DNA from: Eledone cirrhosa
Lineage: Eukaryota
Length of the DNA stretch: 64,000 nucleotides
Assembly (NCBI GenBank): GCA_964016885.1
Contig: OZ024740.1
Coordinates: 50,654,001 to 50,718,000 of the forward strand
Direction: 5' to 3'
Shown: positions 10,125 through 23,900 of the stretch, piece after piece
How the letters are laid out: every line of letters begins with the position of its first letter
Position numbering within the stretch: the first letter of the stretch is position 1
Notes under the pieces: generated by a model
What the model was told of the DNA's origin: nothing
The model's database searches: none
Seen by the model: the letters and a program-made list of their open reading frames with translations, nothing else
Made by a program: the position numbers and the translations under genes

Positions 10125-13100
10125 AGATGTCACTACAAAAAGCACCCAGTCCAAACTGTAAAGTGGTCGTTAAGGTGTGATTACAAAAAGCATCTAGTCC
10201 ACATTGTAAAGTGAAATTGTAGGTGTCATTACAAAAAGAACCTAGTCCAAACTGTAAAGTGATCTTCTAGGTGTCATTACAAAAAGCACCCAGTCCACAC
10301 TGTAAAGTGGTCTTGTAGGTGTCATTACAAAAAGCACCTAGTCCACACTGTAAAGTTATCTTCTAGGTGTCATTACAAAAAGCACCCAGTCCACACTGTA
10401 AAGTGGTCTTGTAGGTGTCATTACAAAAAGCACCCAGTCCACACTGTAAAGTGGTCTTGTAGGTGTCATTACAAAAAGCACCTAGTCCACACTGTAAAGT
10501 GATCTTCTAGGTGTCATTACAAAAAGCACCTAGTCCACACTGTAAAGTGATCTTGTAGGTGTCATTACAAAAAGCACACAGTCCACACCGTAAAGTGGTC
10601 TTGTAGGTGTCATTACAAAAAGCACCTGTAAAGTGATTTTCTAGGTGTCATTACAAAAAGCACCTAGTCCACACTGTAAAGTGGTCTTGTAGGTGTCATT
10701 ACAAAAAGCACCCAGTCAAAACTGTAAAGTGGTCGTGTAGGTGTCATTACAAAAAGCATCTAGTCCACATTGTAAAGTGATCTTGTAGGTGTCATTACAA
10801 AAAGCACCTAGTCCAAACTGTAAAGTGGTCTTGTAGATGTCATTACAAAAAGCACCCAGTCCACACTGTAAAGTGGTCTTGTAGGTGTTATTACAAAAAG
10901 CACCCAGTCAAAACTGTAAAGTGGTCGTGTAGGTGTCATTACAAAAAGCATCTAGTCCACATTGTAAAGTGATCTTGTAGGTGTCATTACAAAAAGCACC
11001 TAGTCCAAATTGTAAAGTGGTCTTGTAGATGTCATTACAAAAAGCACCCAGTCCAAACTGTAAAGTGGTCGTGTAGGTGTCATTACAAAAAGCACCTAGT
11101 CCACACTGTAAAGTGATCTTGTAGGTGTCATTATAAAAAGCATCTAGTTCACATTGTAAAGTGATCTTGTAGGTGTCATTACAAAAAGCACCTAGTCCAA
11201 ACTGTAAAGTGGTCTTGTAGATGTCATTACAAAAAGCACCCAGTCCACACTGTAAAGTGGTCTTGTAGGTGTCATTACAAAAAGCACACAGTCCACACTC
11301 TAAAGTGGTCTTGTAGGTGTCATTACAAAAAGCACCCAGTCCACACCGTAAAGTGATCTTGTAGGTGTCATTACAAAAAGCACCCAGTCCAATCTGTAAA
11401 GTGGTATTGTAGGTGTCATTACAAAAAGCACCCAGTCCAAACTGTAAAGTGGTCGTGTAGGTGTCATTACAAAAAGCATCTAGTCCACATTGAAAAGTGA
11501 TCTTGTAGGTGTCATTACAAAAAGCACCTAGTCCAAACTGTAAAGTGGTCTTGTAGATGTCATTACAAAAAGCACCCAGTCCACACTGTAAAGTGGTCTT
11601 GTAGGTGTCATTACAAAAAGCACCCAGTCAAAACTGTAAAGTGGTCGTGTAGGTGTCATTACAAAAAGCATCTAGTCCACATTGTAAAGTGATCTTGTAG
11701 GTGTCATTACAAAAAGCACCTAGTCCAAACTGTAAAGTGGTCTTGTAGATGTCATTACAAAAAGCACCCAGTCCACACTGTAAAGTGGTCTTGTAGGTGT
11801 CATTACAAAAAGCACCCAGTCAAAACTGTAAAGTGGTCGTGTAGGTGTCATTACAAAAAGCATCTAGTCCACATTGTAAAGTGATCTTGTAGGTGTCATT
11901 ACAAAAAGCACCTAGTCCAAACTATAAAGTGGTCTTGTAGATGTCATTACAAAAAGCATCCAGTCCACACTGTAAAGTGGTCTTGTAGGTGTCATTACAA
12001 AAAGCACACAGTCCACACTCTAAAGTGGTCTTGTAGGTGTCATTACAAAAAGCACCCTGTCCACACTGTAAAGTGGTCTTGTAGGTGTCATTACAAAAAG
12101 CACCCAGTCCAATCTGTAGAGTGGTCTTGTAGGTGTCATTACGAAAAGCACCCAGTCCAAACTGTAAAGTGGTCGTGTAGGTGTCATTACAAAAAGCACC
12201 TAGTCCACACTGTAAAGTGATCTTGTAGGTGTCATTATATAAACACCTAGTCCACACTGTAAAGTGATCTTGTAGGTGTCATTACAAAAAGCACCTAGTC
12301 CACATTGTAAAGTGATCTTGTAGGTGTCATTACAAAAAGCACCAAGTCCACACTGTAAAGTGGTCTTGTAGGTGTCATTACAAAAAGCATCTAGTCCACA
12401 CTGTAAAGTGGTCTTGTAGATATCATTACAAAAAGCACCCAGTCCAAACTGTAAAGTGATCTTGTAGGTGTCATTACAAAAAGCACCCAGTCCACACTGT
12501 AAAGTGGTCTTGTAGGTGTCATTACAAAAAGCACCTAGTCCACACTGTAAAGTGATCTTGTAGGTGTCATTACAAAAAGCACCCAATCCACATTGTAAAG
12601 TGGTCTTCTAAGTGTCATTACAAAAAGCACCCAGTCCACACTGTAAAGTGGTCTTGTAGGTGTCATTACAAAAACACCCAGTCCACACTGTAAAGTGGTC
12701 TTGTAAGTGTCATTACAAAAAGCACCTAGTCCACACTGTAAAGTGGTATTGTAGATGTCACTACAAAAAGCACCCAGTCCAAACTGTAAAGTGGTCGTTA
12801 AGGTGTGATTACAAAAAGCATCTAGTCCACATTGTAAAGTGAAATTGTAGGTGTCATTACAAAAAGAACCTAGTCCAAACTGTAAAGTGGTCTTGTAGAC
12901 GTCATTACAAATAGCACCCAGTCCACACTGTAAAGTGGTCTTGTAGGTGTCATTACAAAAAGCACCCAGTCCACACTCTAAAGTGGTCTTGTAGGTGTCA
13001 TTACAAAAAGCACCCAGTCCACACTCTAAAGTGGTCTTGTAGGTGTCATTACAAAAAGCACCTAGTCCTCACTGTAAAGTGATCTTGTAGGTGTCATTAC

Positions 13101-16100
13101 AAAAAGCACCTAGTCCACATTGTAAACTGATCTTGTAGGTGTCATTAAAAAAAGCACCCAGTCCACACTGTAAAGTGGTCTTGTAGGTGTCATTACAAAA
13201 AGCACCTAGTCCACACTGTAAAGTGGTCTTGTAGATGTCATTACAAAAAGCACCCAGTCCACACTGTAAAGTGGTCTTGTAGGTATCATTACAAAAAACA
13301 CCCAGTCCACACTGTAAAGTGGTCTTGTAGGTGTCATTACAAAAAGCACCCAGTCCAAACTGTAAAGTGGTCTTGTAGGTGTCATTAAAAAAAGCACCTA
13401 GTCCACACTGTAAAGTGATCTTGTAGGTGTCATTACAAAAAGCACCTAGTCCACACTGTAAAGTGATCTTGTAGGTGTCATTACAAAAAGCACCTAGTCC
13501 ACATAGTAAAGTGATCTTGTATGTGTCATTACAAAAAGCACCTAGTCCACACTGCAAAGTGATCTTGTAGGTGTCATTACAAAAAGCACCTAGTTCACAC
13601 TATAAAGTGATCTTGTAGGTGTCATTACAAAAAGTACCTAGTCCACATTGTAAAGTGATCTTGTAGGTGTCATTACAAAAAGCACCTACTCCACACGGTA
13701 AAGTGATCTTGTAGGTGTCATTACAAAAAGCACCCAGTCCACACTATAAAGTGGTCTTGTAGGTGTCATTACAAAAAGCACCCAGTCCACACTGCAAAGT
13801 GGTCTTGTAGATGTCATTACAAAAAGCACCCAGTCCACACTGCAAAGTGGTCTTGTAGGTGTCATTACAAAAAGCACCCAGTCCAAACTGTAAAGTGGTC
13901 TTGTAGGTGTCATTACAAAAAGCACCCAGTCCAAACTGTAAAGTGGTCTTGTAGGTGTCATTACAAAAAGCACCTAGTCCACATAGTAAAGTGATCTTGT
14001 ATGTGTCATTACAAAAAGCACCTAGTCCACACTGTAAAGTGATCTTGTAGGTGTCATTACAAAAAGCACCTACTCCACACGGTAAAGTGATCTTGTAGGT
14101 GTCATTACAAAAAGCACCTACTCCACACTGTAAAGTGATCTTGTAGGTGTCATTACAAAAAGCACCCAGTCCACACTGTAAAGTGGTCTTGTAGGTGTCA
14201 TTACAAAAAGCACCCAGTCCACACTGCAAAGTGGTCTTGTAGATGTCATTACAAAAAGCACCCAGTCCACACTGCAAAGTGGTCTTGTAGGTGTCATTAC
14301 AAAAAGCACCCAGTCCACACTGTAAAGTGGTCTTGTAGGTGTCATTACAAAATGCACCTAGTCCACACTGTAAAGTGGTCTTGTAGATGTCATTACAAAA
14401 AGCACCCAGTCCACACTGCAAAGTGGTCTTGTAGGTGTCATTACAAAAAGCACCCAGTCCACACTGTAAAGTGGTCTTGTAGGTGTCATTACAAAATGCA
14501 CCTAGTCCACACTGTAAAGTGGTCTTGTAGATGTCATTACAAATAGCACCCAGTCCACACTGTAAAGTGGTCTTGTAGGTGTCATTACAAAAAGCACCCA
14601 GTCCACACTCTAAAGTGGTCTTGTAGGTGTCATTACAAAAAGCACCCAGTCCACACTCTAAAGTGGTCTTGTAGGTGTCATTACAAAAAGCACCTAGTCC
14701 TCACTGTAAAGTGATCTTGTAGGTGTCATTACAAAAAGCACCTAGTCCACATTGTAAACTGATCTTGTAGGTGTCATTAAAAAAAGCACCCAGTCCACAC
14801 TGTAAAGTGGTCTTGTAGGTGTCATTACAAAAAGCACCTAGTCCACACTGTAAAGTGGTCTTGTAGATGTCATTACAAAAAGCACCCAGTCCACACTGTA
14901 AAGTGGTCTTGTAGGTATCATTACAAAAAACACCCAGTCCACACTGTAAAGTGGTCTTGTAGGTGTCATTACAAAAAGCACCCAGTCCAAACTGTAAAGT
15001 GGTCTTGTAGGTGTCATTAAAAAAAGCACCTAGTCCACACTGTAAAGTGATCTTGTAGGTGTCATTACAAAAAGCACCTAGTCCACACTGTAAAGTGATC
15101 TTGTAGGTGTCATTACAAAAAGCACCTAGTCCACATAGTAAAGTGATCTTGTATTTGTCATTACAAAAAGCACCTAGTCCACACTGTAAAGTGATCTTGT
15201 AGGTGTCATTACAAAAAGCACCTAGTTCACACTATAAAGTGATCTTGTAGGTGTCATTACAAAAAGCACCTAGTCCACATTGTAAAGTGATCTTGTAGGT
15301 GTCATTACAAAAAGCACCTACTCCACACGGTAAAGTGATCTTGTAGGTGTCATTACAAAAAGCACCCAGTCCACACTGTAAAGTGGTCTTGTAGGTGTCA
15401 TTACAAAAAGCACCCAGTCCACACTGCAAAGTGGTCTTGTAGATGTCATTACAAAAAGCACCCAGTCCACACTGCAAAGTGGTCTTGTAGGTGTCATTAC
15501 AAAAAGCACCCAGTCCACACTGTAAAGTGGTCTTGTAGGTGTCATTACAAAAAGCACCCAGTCCAAACTGTAAAGTGGTCTTGTAGGTGTCATTACAAAA
15601 AGCACCTAGTCCACATAGTAAAGTGATCTTGTATGTGTCATTACAAAAAGCACCTAGTCCACACTGTAAAGTGATCTTGTAGGTGTCATTACAAAAAGCA
15701 CCTACTCCACACGGTAAAGTGATCTTGTAGGTGTCATTACAAAAAGCACCTACTCCACACTGTAAAGTGATCTTGTAGGTGTCATTACAAAAAGCACCCA
15801 GTCCACACTGTAAAGTGGTCTTGTAGTTGTCATTACAAAAAGCACCCAGTCCACACTGCAAAGTGGTCTTGTAGATGTCACTACAAAAAGCACCCAGTCC
15901 GAACTGTAAAGTGGTCGTTAAGGTGTGATTACAAAAAGCATCTAGTCCACATTGTAAAGTGAAATTGTAGGTGTCATTACAAAAAGAACCTAGTCCAAAC
16001 TGTAAAGTGATCTTCTAGGTGTCATTACAAAAAGCACCCAGTCCACACTGTAAAGTGGTCTTGTAGGTGTCATTACAAAAAGCACCTAGTCCACACTGTA

Positions 16101-19100
16101 AAGTTATCTTCTAGGTGTCATTACAAAAAGCACCCAGTCCACACTGTAAAGTGGTCTTGTAGGTGTCATTACAAAAAGCACCCAGTCCACACTGTAAAGT
16201 GGTCTTGTAGGTGTCATTACAAAAAGCACCTAGTCCACACTGTAAAGTGATCTTCTAGGTGTCATTACAAAAAGCACCTAGTCCACACTGTAAAGTGATC
16301 TTGTAGGTGTCATTACAAAAAGCACACAGTCCACACCGTAAAGTGGTCTTGTAGGTGTCATTACAAAAAGCACCTGTAAAGTGATTTTCTAGGTGTCATT
16401 ACAAAAAGCACCTAGTCCACACTGTAGAGTGGTCTTGTAGGTGTCATTACAAAAAGCACCCAGTCAAAACTGTAAAGTGGTCGTGTAGGTGTCATTACAA
16501 AAAGCATCTAGTCCACATTGTAAAGTGATCTTGTAGGTGTCATTACAAAAAGCACCTAGTCCAAACTGTAAAGTGGTCTTGTAGATGTCATTACAAAAAG
16601 CACCCAGTCCACACTGTAAAGTGGTCTTGTAGGTGTTATTACAAAAAGCACCCAGTCAAAACTGTAAAGTGGTCGTGTAGGTGTCATTACAAAAAGCATC
16701 TAGTCCACATTGTAAAGTGATCTTGTAGGTGTCATTACAAAAAGCACCTAGTCCAAATTGTAAAGTGGTCTTGTAGATGTCATTACAAAAAGCACCCAGT
16801 CCAAACTGTAAAGTGGTCGTGTAGGTGTCATTACAAAAAGCACCTAGTCCACACTGTAAAGTGATCTTGTAGGTGTCATTATAAAAAGCATCTAGTTCAC
16901 ATTGTAAAGTGATCTTGTAGGTGTCATTACAAAAAGCACCTAGTCCAAACTGTAAAGTGGTCTTGTAGATGTCATTACAAAAAGCACCCAGTCCACACTG
17001 TAAAGTGGTCTTGTAGGTGTCATTACAAAAAGCACACAGTCCACACTCTAAAGTGGTCTTGTAGGTGTCATTACAAAAAGCACCCAGTCCACACCGTAAA
17101 GTGATCTTGTAGGTGTCATTACAAAAAGCACCCAGTCCAATCTGTAAAGTGGTATTGTAGGTGTCATTACAAAAAGCACCCAGTCCAAACTGTAAAGTGG
17201 TCGTGTAGGTGTCATTACAAAAAGCATCTAGTCCACATTGAAAAGTGATCTTGTAGGTGTCATTACAAAAAGCACCTAGTCCAAACTGTAAAGTGGTCTT
17301 GTAGATGTCATTACAAAAAGCACCCAGTCCACACTGTAAAGTGGTCTTGTAGGTGTCATTACAAAAAGCACCCAGTCAAAACTGTAAAGTGGTCGTGTAG
17401 GTGTCATTACAAAAAGCATCTAGTCCACATTGTAAAGTGATCTTGTAGGTGTCATTACAAAAAGCACCTAGTCCAAACTGTAAAGTGGTCTTGTAGATGT
17501 CATTACAAAAAGCACCCAGTCCACACTGTAAAGTGGTCTTGTAGGTGTCATTACAAAAAGCACCCAGTCAAAACTGTAAAGTGGTCGTGTAGGTGTCATT
17601 ACAAAAAGCATCTAGTCCACATTGTAAAGTGATCTTGTAGGTGTCATTACAAAAAGCACCTAGTCCAAACTATAAAGTGGTCTTGTAGATGTCATTACAA
17701 AAAGCATCCAGTTCACACTGTAAAGTGGTCTTGTAGGTGTCATTACAAAAAGCACACAGTCCACACTCTAAAGTGGTCTTGTAGGTGTCATTACAAAAAG
17801 CACCCAGTCCACACTGTAAAGTGGTCTTGTAGGTGTCATTACAAAAAGCACCCAGTCCAATCTGTAGAGTGGTCTTGTAGGTGTCATTACGAAAAGCACC
17901 CAGTCCAAACTGTAAAGTGGTCGTGTAGGTGTCATTACAAAAAGCACCTAGTCCACACTGTAAAGTGATCTTGTAGGTGTCATTATATAAACACCTAGTC
18001 CACACTGTAAAGTGATCTTGTAGGTGTCATTACAAAAAGCACCTAGTCCACATTGTAAAGTGATCTTGTAGGTGTCATTACAAAAAGCACCAAGTCCACA
18101 CTGTAAAGTGGTCTTGTAGGTGTCATTACAAAAAGCATCTAGTCCACACTGTAAAGTGGTCTTGTAGATATCATTACAAAAAGCACCCAGTCCAAACTGT
18201 AAAGTGATCTTGTAGGTGTCATTACAAAAAGCACCCAGTCCACACTGTAAAGTGGTCTTGTAGGTGTCATTACAAAAAGCACCTAGTCCACACTGTAAAG
18301 TGATCTTGTAGGTGTCATTACAAAAAGCACCCAATCCACATTGTAAAGTGGTCTTCTAAGTGTCATTACAAAAAGCACCCAGTCCACACTGTAAAGTGGT
18401 CTTGTAGGTGTCATTACAAAAACACCCAGTCCACACTGTAAAGTGGTCTTGTAAGTGTCATTACAAAAAGCACCTAGTCCACACTGTAAAGTGGTATTGT
18501 AGATGTCACTACAAAAAGCACCCAGTCCAAACTGTAAAGTGGTCGTTAAGGTGTGATTACAAAAAGCATCTAGTCCACATTGTAAAGTGAAATTGTAGGT
18601 GTCATTACAAAAAGAACCTAGTCCAAACTGTAAAGTGGTCTTGTAGACGTCATTACAAATAGCACCCAGTCCACACTGTAAAGTGGTCTTGTAGGTGTCA
18701 TTACAAAAAGCACCCAGTCCACACTCTAAAGTGGTCTTGTAGGTGTCATTACAAAAAGCACCCAGTCCACACTCTAAAGTGGTCTTGTAGGTGTCATTAC
18801 AAAAAGCACCTAGTCCTCACTGTAAAGTGATCTTGTAGGTGTCATTACAAAAAGCACCTAGTCCACATTGTAAACTGATCTTGTAGGTGTCATTAAAAAA
18901 AGCACCCAGTCCACACTGTAAAGTGGTCTTGTAGGTGTCATTACAAAAAGCACCTAGTCCACACTGTAAAGTGGTCTTGTAGATGTCATTACAAAAAGCA
19001 CCCAGTCCACACTGTAAAGTGGTCTTGTAGGTATCATTACAAAAAACACCCAGTCCACACTGTAAAGTGGTCTTGTAGGTGTCATTACAAAAAGCACCCA

Positions 19101-21620
19101 GTCCAAACTGTAAAGTGGTCTTGTAGGTGTCATTAAAAAAAGCACCTAGTCCACACTGTAAAGTGATCTTGTAGGTGTCATTACAAAAAGCACCTAGTCC
19201 ACACTGTAAAGTGATCTTGTAGGTGTCATTACAAAAAGCACCTAGTCCACATAGTAAAGTGATCTTGTATGTGTCATTACAAAAAGCACCTAGTCCACAC
19301 TGTAAAGTGATCTTGTAGGTGTCATTACAAAAAGCACCTAGTTCACACTATAAAGTGATCTTGTAGGTGTCATTACAAAAAGCACCTAGTCCACATTGTA
19401 AAGTGATCTTGTAGGTATCATTACAAAAAGCACCTACTCCACACGGTAAAGTGATCTTGTAGGTGTCATTACAAAAAGCACCCAGTCCACACTATAAAGT
19501 GGTCTTGTAGGTGTCATTACAAAAAGCACCCAGTCCACACTGCAAAGTGGTCTTGTAGATGTCATTACAAAAAGCACCCAGTCCACACTGCAAAGTGGTC
19601 TTGTAGGTGTCATTACAAAAAGCACCCAGTCCACACTGTAAAGTGGTCTTGTAGGTGTCATTACAAAAAGCACCCAGTCCAAACTGTAAAGTGGTCTTGT
19701 AGGTGTCATTACAAAAAGCACCTAGTCCACATAGTAAAGTGATCTTGTATGTGTCATTACAAAAAGCACCTAGTCCACACTGTAAAGTGATCTTGTAGGT
19801 GTCATTACAAAAAGCACCTACTCCACACGGTAAAGTGATCTTGTAGGTGTCATTACAAAAAGCACCTACTCCACACTGTAAAGTGATCTTGTAGGTGTCA
19901 TTACAAAAAGCACCCAGTCCACACTGTAAAGTGGTCTTGTAGGTGTCATTACAAAAAGCACCCAGTCCACACTGCAAAGTGGTCTTGTAGATGTCATTAC
20001 AAAAAGCACCCAGTCCACACTGCAAAGTGGTCTTGTAGGTGTCATTACAAAAAGCACCCAGTCCACACTGTAAAGTGGTCTTGTAGGTGTCATTACAAAA
20101 TGCACCTAGTCCACACTGTAAAGTGGTCTTGTAGATGTCATTACAAAAAGCACCCAGTCCACACTGCAAAGTGGTCTTGTAGGTGTCATTACAAAAAGCA
20201 CCCAGTCCACACTGTAAAGTGGTCTTGTAGGTGTCATTACAAAATGCACCTAGTCCACACTGTAAAGTGGTCTTGTAGATGTCATTACAAATAGCACCCA
20301 GTCCACACTGTAAAGTGGTCTTGTAGGTGTCATTACAAAAAGCACCCAGTCCACACTCTAAAGTGGTCTTGTAGGTGTCATTACAAAAAGCACCCAGTCC
20401 ACACTCTAAAGTGGTCTTGTAGGTGTCATTACAAAAAGCACCTAGTCCTCACTGTAAAGTGATCTTGTAGGTGTCATTACAAAAAGCACCTAGTCCACAT
20501 TGTAAACTGATCTTGTAGGTGTCATTAAAAAAAGCACCCAGTCCACACTGTAAAGTGGTCTTGTAGGTGTCATTACAAAAAGCACCTAGTCCACACTGTA
20601 AAGTGGTCTTGTAGATGTCATTACAAAAAGCACCCAGTCCACACTGTAAAGTGGTCTTGTAGGTATCATTACAAAAAACACCCAGTCCACACTGTAAAGT
20701 GGTCTTGTAGGTGTCATTACAAAAAGCACCCAGTCCAAACTGTAAAGTGGTCTTGTAGGTGTCATTAAAAAAAGCACCTAGTCCACACTGTAAAGTGATC
20801 TTGTAGGTGTCATTACAAAAAGCACCTAGTCCACACTGTAAAGTGATCTTGTAGGTGTCATTACAAAAAGCACCTAGTCCACATAGTAAAGTGATCTTGT
20901 ATTTGTCATTACAAAAAGCACCTAGTCCACACTGTAAAGTGATCTTGTAGGTGTCATTACAAAAAGCACCTAGTTCACACTATAAAGTGATCTTGTAGGT
21001 GTCATTACAAAAAGCACCTAGTCCACATTGTAAAGTGATCTTGTAGGTGTCATTACAAAAAGCACCTACTCCACACGGTAAAGTGATCTTGTAGGTGTCA
21101 TTACAAAAAGCACCCAGTCCACACTGTAAAGTGGTCTTGTAGGTGTCATTACAAAAAGCACCCAGTCCACACTGCAAAGTGGTCTTGTAGATGTCATTAC
21201 AAAAAGCACCCAGTCCACACTGCAAAGTGGTCTTGTAGGTGTCATTACAAAAAGCACCCAGTCCACACTGTAAAGTGGTCTTGTAGGTGTCATTACAAAA
21301 AGCACCCAGTCCAAACTGTAAAGTGGTCTTGTAGGTGTCATTACAAAAAGCACCTAGTCCACATAGTAAAGTGATCTTGTATGTGTCATTACAAAAAGCA
21401 CCTAGTCCACACTGTAAAGTGATCTTGTAGGTGTCATTACAAAAAGCACCTACTCCACACGGTAAAGTGATCTTGTAGGTGTCATTACAAAAAGCACCTA
21501 CTCCACACTGTAAAGTGATCTTGTAGGTGTCATTACAAAAAGCACCCAGTCCACACTGTAAAGTGGTCTTGTAGTTGTCATTACAAAAAGCACCCAGTCC
21601 ACACTGCAAAGTGGTCTTGT
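10125..21620. repeat. 5748-bp (120-monomer) tandem duplication of an alpha+beta block
   Basis: Shared rare variants at offset 5748: gtatTtgtc 15155/20903, gtagTtgtc 15827/21575, aaaTagc 12912/18660 and 14544/20292. The 38-mer is at 10607/16355. Boundaries are approximate. Confidence 0.88.
12890..15870. repeat. beta-family block (indel-free), 1632-bp 34-monomer HOR, ~1.8 copies
   Basis: Markers cattaAaaaa, caTAgtaa..gtaTgtg, ctaCtccacacGg, ctgCaaag, aaaaTgc. The aaaTagc marker is at 12912 and 14544 (offset 1632). Confidence 0.85.
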
Positions 21621-23900
21621 AGATGTCATTACAAAAAGCACCCAGTCCACACTGCAAAGTGGTCTTGTAGGTGTCATTACAAAAAGCACCCAGTCCACAC
21701 TGTAAAGTGGTCTTGTAGGTGTCATTACAAAATGCACCTAGTCCACACTGTAAAGTGGTCTTGTAGATGTCATTACAAAAAGCACCCAGTCCACACTGCA
21801 AAGTGGTCTTGTAGGTGTCATTACAAAAAGCACCCAGTCCACACTGTAAAGTGGTCTTGTAGGTGTCATTACAAAATGCACCTAGTCCACACTGTAAAGT
21901 GGTCTTGTAGATGTCATTACAAAAAGCACCCAGTCCACACTGCAAAGTGATTTTGTAGGTGTCATTACAAAAAGCACCCAGTCCACACTGCAAAGTGGTC
22001 TTGTAGGTGTCATTACAAAAAGCACCTAGTCCACACTGTAAAGTGATCTTCTAGGTGTCATTACAAAAAGCACCCAGTCCACACTGTAAAGTGGTCTTGT
22101 AGGTATCATTACAAAAAGCACCTAGTCCACACTGTAAAGTGATCTTCTAGGTGTCATTACAAAAAGCACCCAGTCCACACTGTAAAGTGGTCTTGTAGGT
22201 GTCATTACAAAAAGCACCTAGTCCACACTGTAAAGTTATCTTCTAGGTGTCATTACAAAAAGCAGCCAGTCCACACTGTAAAGTGGTCTTGTAGGTGTCA
22301 TTACAAAAAGCACCTAGTCCTCACTGTAAAGTGATCTTGTAGGTGTCATTACAAAAAGCACCCAGTCCACACTGTAAAGTGGTCTTGTAGGTGTCATTAC
22401 AAAAAGCACCTAGTCCACACTGTAAAGTGGTCTTGTAGATGTCATTACAAAAAGCACCCAGTCCACACTGTAAAGTGGTCTTGTAGGTATCATTACAAAA
22501 AACACCCAGTCCACACTGTAAAGTGGTCTTGTAGGTGTCATTACAAAAAGCACCCAGTCCAAACTGTAAAGTGGTCTTGTAGGTGTCATTAAAAAAAGCA
22601 CCTAGTCCACACTGTAAAGTGATCTTGTAGGTGTCATTACAAAAAGCACCTAGTCCACACTGTAAAGTGATCTTGTAGGTGTCATTACAAAAAGCACCTA
22701 GTCCACATAGTAAAGTGATCTTGTATGTGTCATTACAAAAAGCACCTAGTCCACACTGTAAAGTGATCTTGTAGGTGTCATTACAAAAAGCACCTAGTTC
22801 ACACTATAAAGTGATCTTGTAGGTGTCATTACAAAAAGCACCTAGTCCACATTGTAAAGTGATCTTGTAGGTGTCATTACAAAAAGCACCTACTCCACAC
22901 GGTAAAGTGATCTTGTAGGTGTCATTACAAAAAGCACCCAGTCCACACTGTAAAGTGGTCTTGTAGGTGTCATTACAAAAAGCACCCAGTCCACACTGCA
23001 AAGTGGTCTTGTAGATGTCATTACAAAAAGCACCCAGTCCACACTGCAAAGTGGTCTTGTAGGTGTCATTACAAAAAGCACCCAGTCCACACTGTAAAGT
23101 GGTCTTGTAGGTGTCATTACAAAAAGCACCCAGTCCAAACTGTAAAGTGGTCTTGTAGGTGTCATTACAAAAAGCACCTAGTCCACATAGTAAAGTGATC
23201 TTGTATGTGTCATTACAAAAAGCACCTAGTCCACACTGTAAAGTGATCTTGTAGGTGTCATTACAAAAAGCACCTACTCCACACGGTAAAGTGATCTTGT
23301 ATGTGTCATTACAAAAAGCACCTAGTCCACACTGTAAAGTGATCTTGTAGGTGTCATTACAAAAAGCACCCAGTCCACACTGTAAAGTGGTCTTGTAGGT
23401 GTCATTACAAAAAGCACCCAGTCCACACTGCAAAGTGGTCTTGTAGATGTCATTACAAAAAGCACCCAGTCCACACTGCAAAGTGGTCTTGTAGGTGTCA
23501 TTACAAAAAGCACCCAGTCCACACTGTAAAGTGGTCTTGTAGGTGTCATTACAAAATGCACCTAGTCCACACTGTAAAGTGGTCTTGTAGATGTCATTAC
23601 AAAAAGCACCCAGTCCACACTGCAAAGTGGTCTTGTAGGTGTCATTACAAAAAGCACCCAGTCCACACTGTAAAGTGGTCTTGTAGGTGTCATTACAAAA
23701 TGCACCTAGTCCACACTGTAAAGTGGTCTTGTAGATGTCATTACAAAAAGCACCCAGTCCACACTGCAAAGTGATTTTGTAGGTGTCATTACAAAAAGCA
23801 CCCAGTCCACACTGCAAAGTGGTCTTGTAGGTGTCATTACAAAAAGCACCCAGTCCACACTGTAAAGTGATCTTGTAGGTGTCATTACAAAAAGCACCAA
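18640..23900. repeat. beta-family block with 1632-bp and 1824-bp (38-monomer) units, including a short gamma-like stretch at ~22020-22300
   Basis: aaaTagc at 18660/20292. ORF-track offsets 20586/22410 and 20980/22804 equal 1824. Confidence 0.82.

Larger units (their letters stand above)
394..12890. repeat. alpha-family HOR domain with successive units of 2868, 1285, 1716, 1716 and 2628 bp, plus a partial 2628 unit
   Basis: Spacing of the 38-bp landmark, largely matched by ORF-track offsets (1949/3665/4950/6666/9294/11922). 1716=36x48-12, 2628=55x48-12, 2868=60x48-12, 1285=27x48-11. Confidence 0.9.

Noticed and set aside
14352-14546. C2H2 zinc-finger or EGF-like coding array suggested by the His/Cys-rich translations
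   Set aside because: The period is 16 aa, not 28. There is no C-x2-4-C...H-x3-5-H spacing, TGEKP linker or six-Cys EGF pattern, and the plus frame is stopped by TGA in every A40 monomer.
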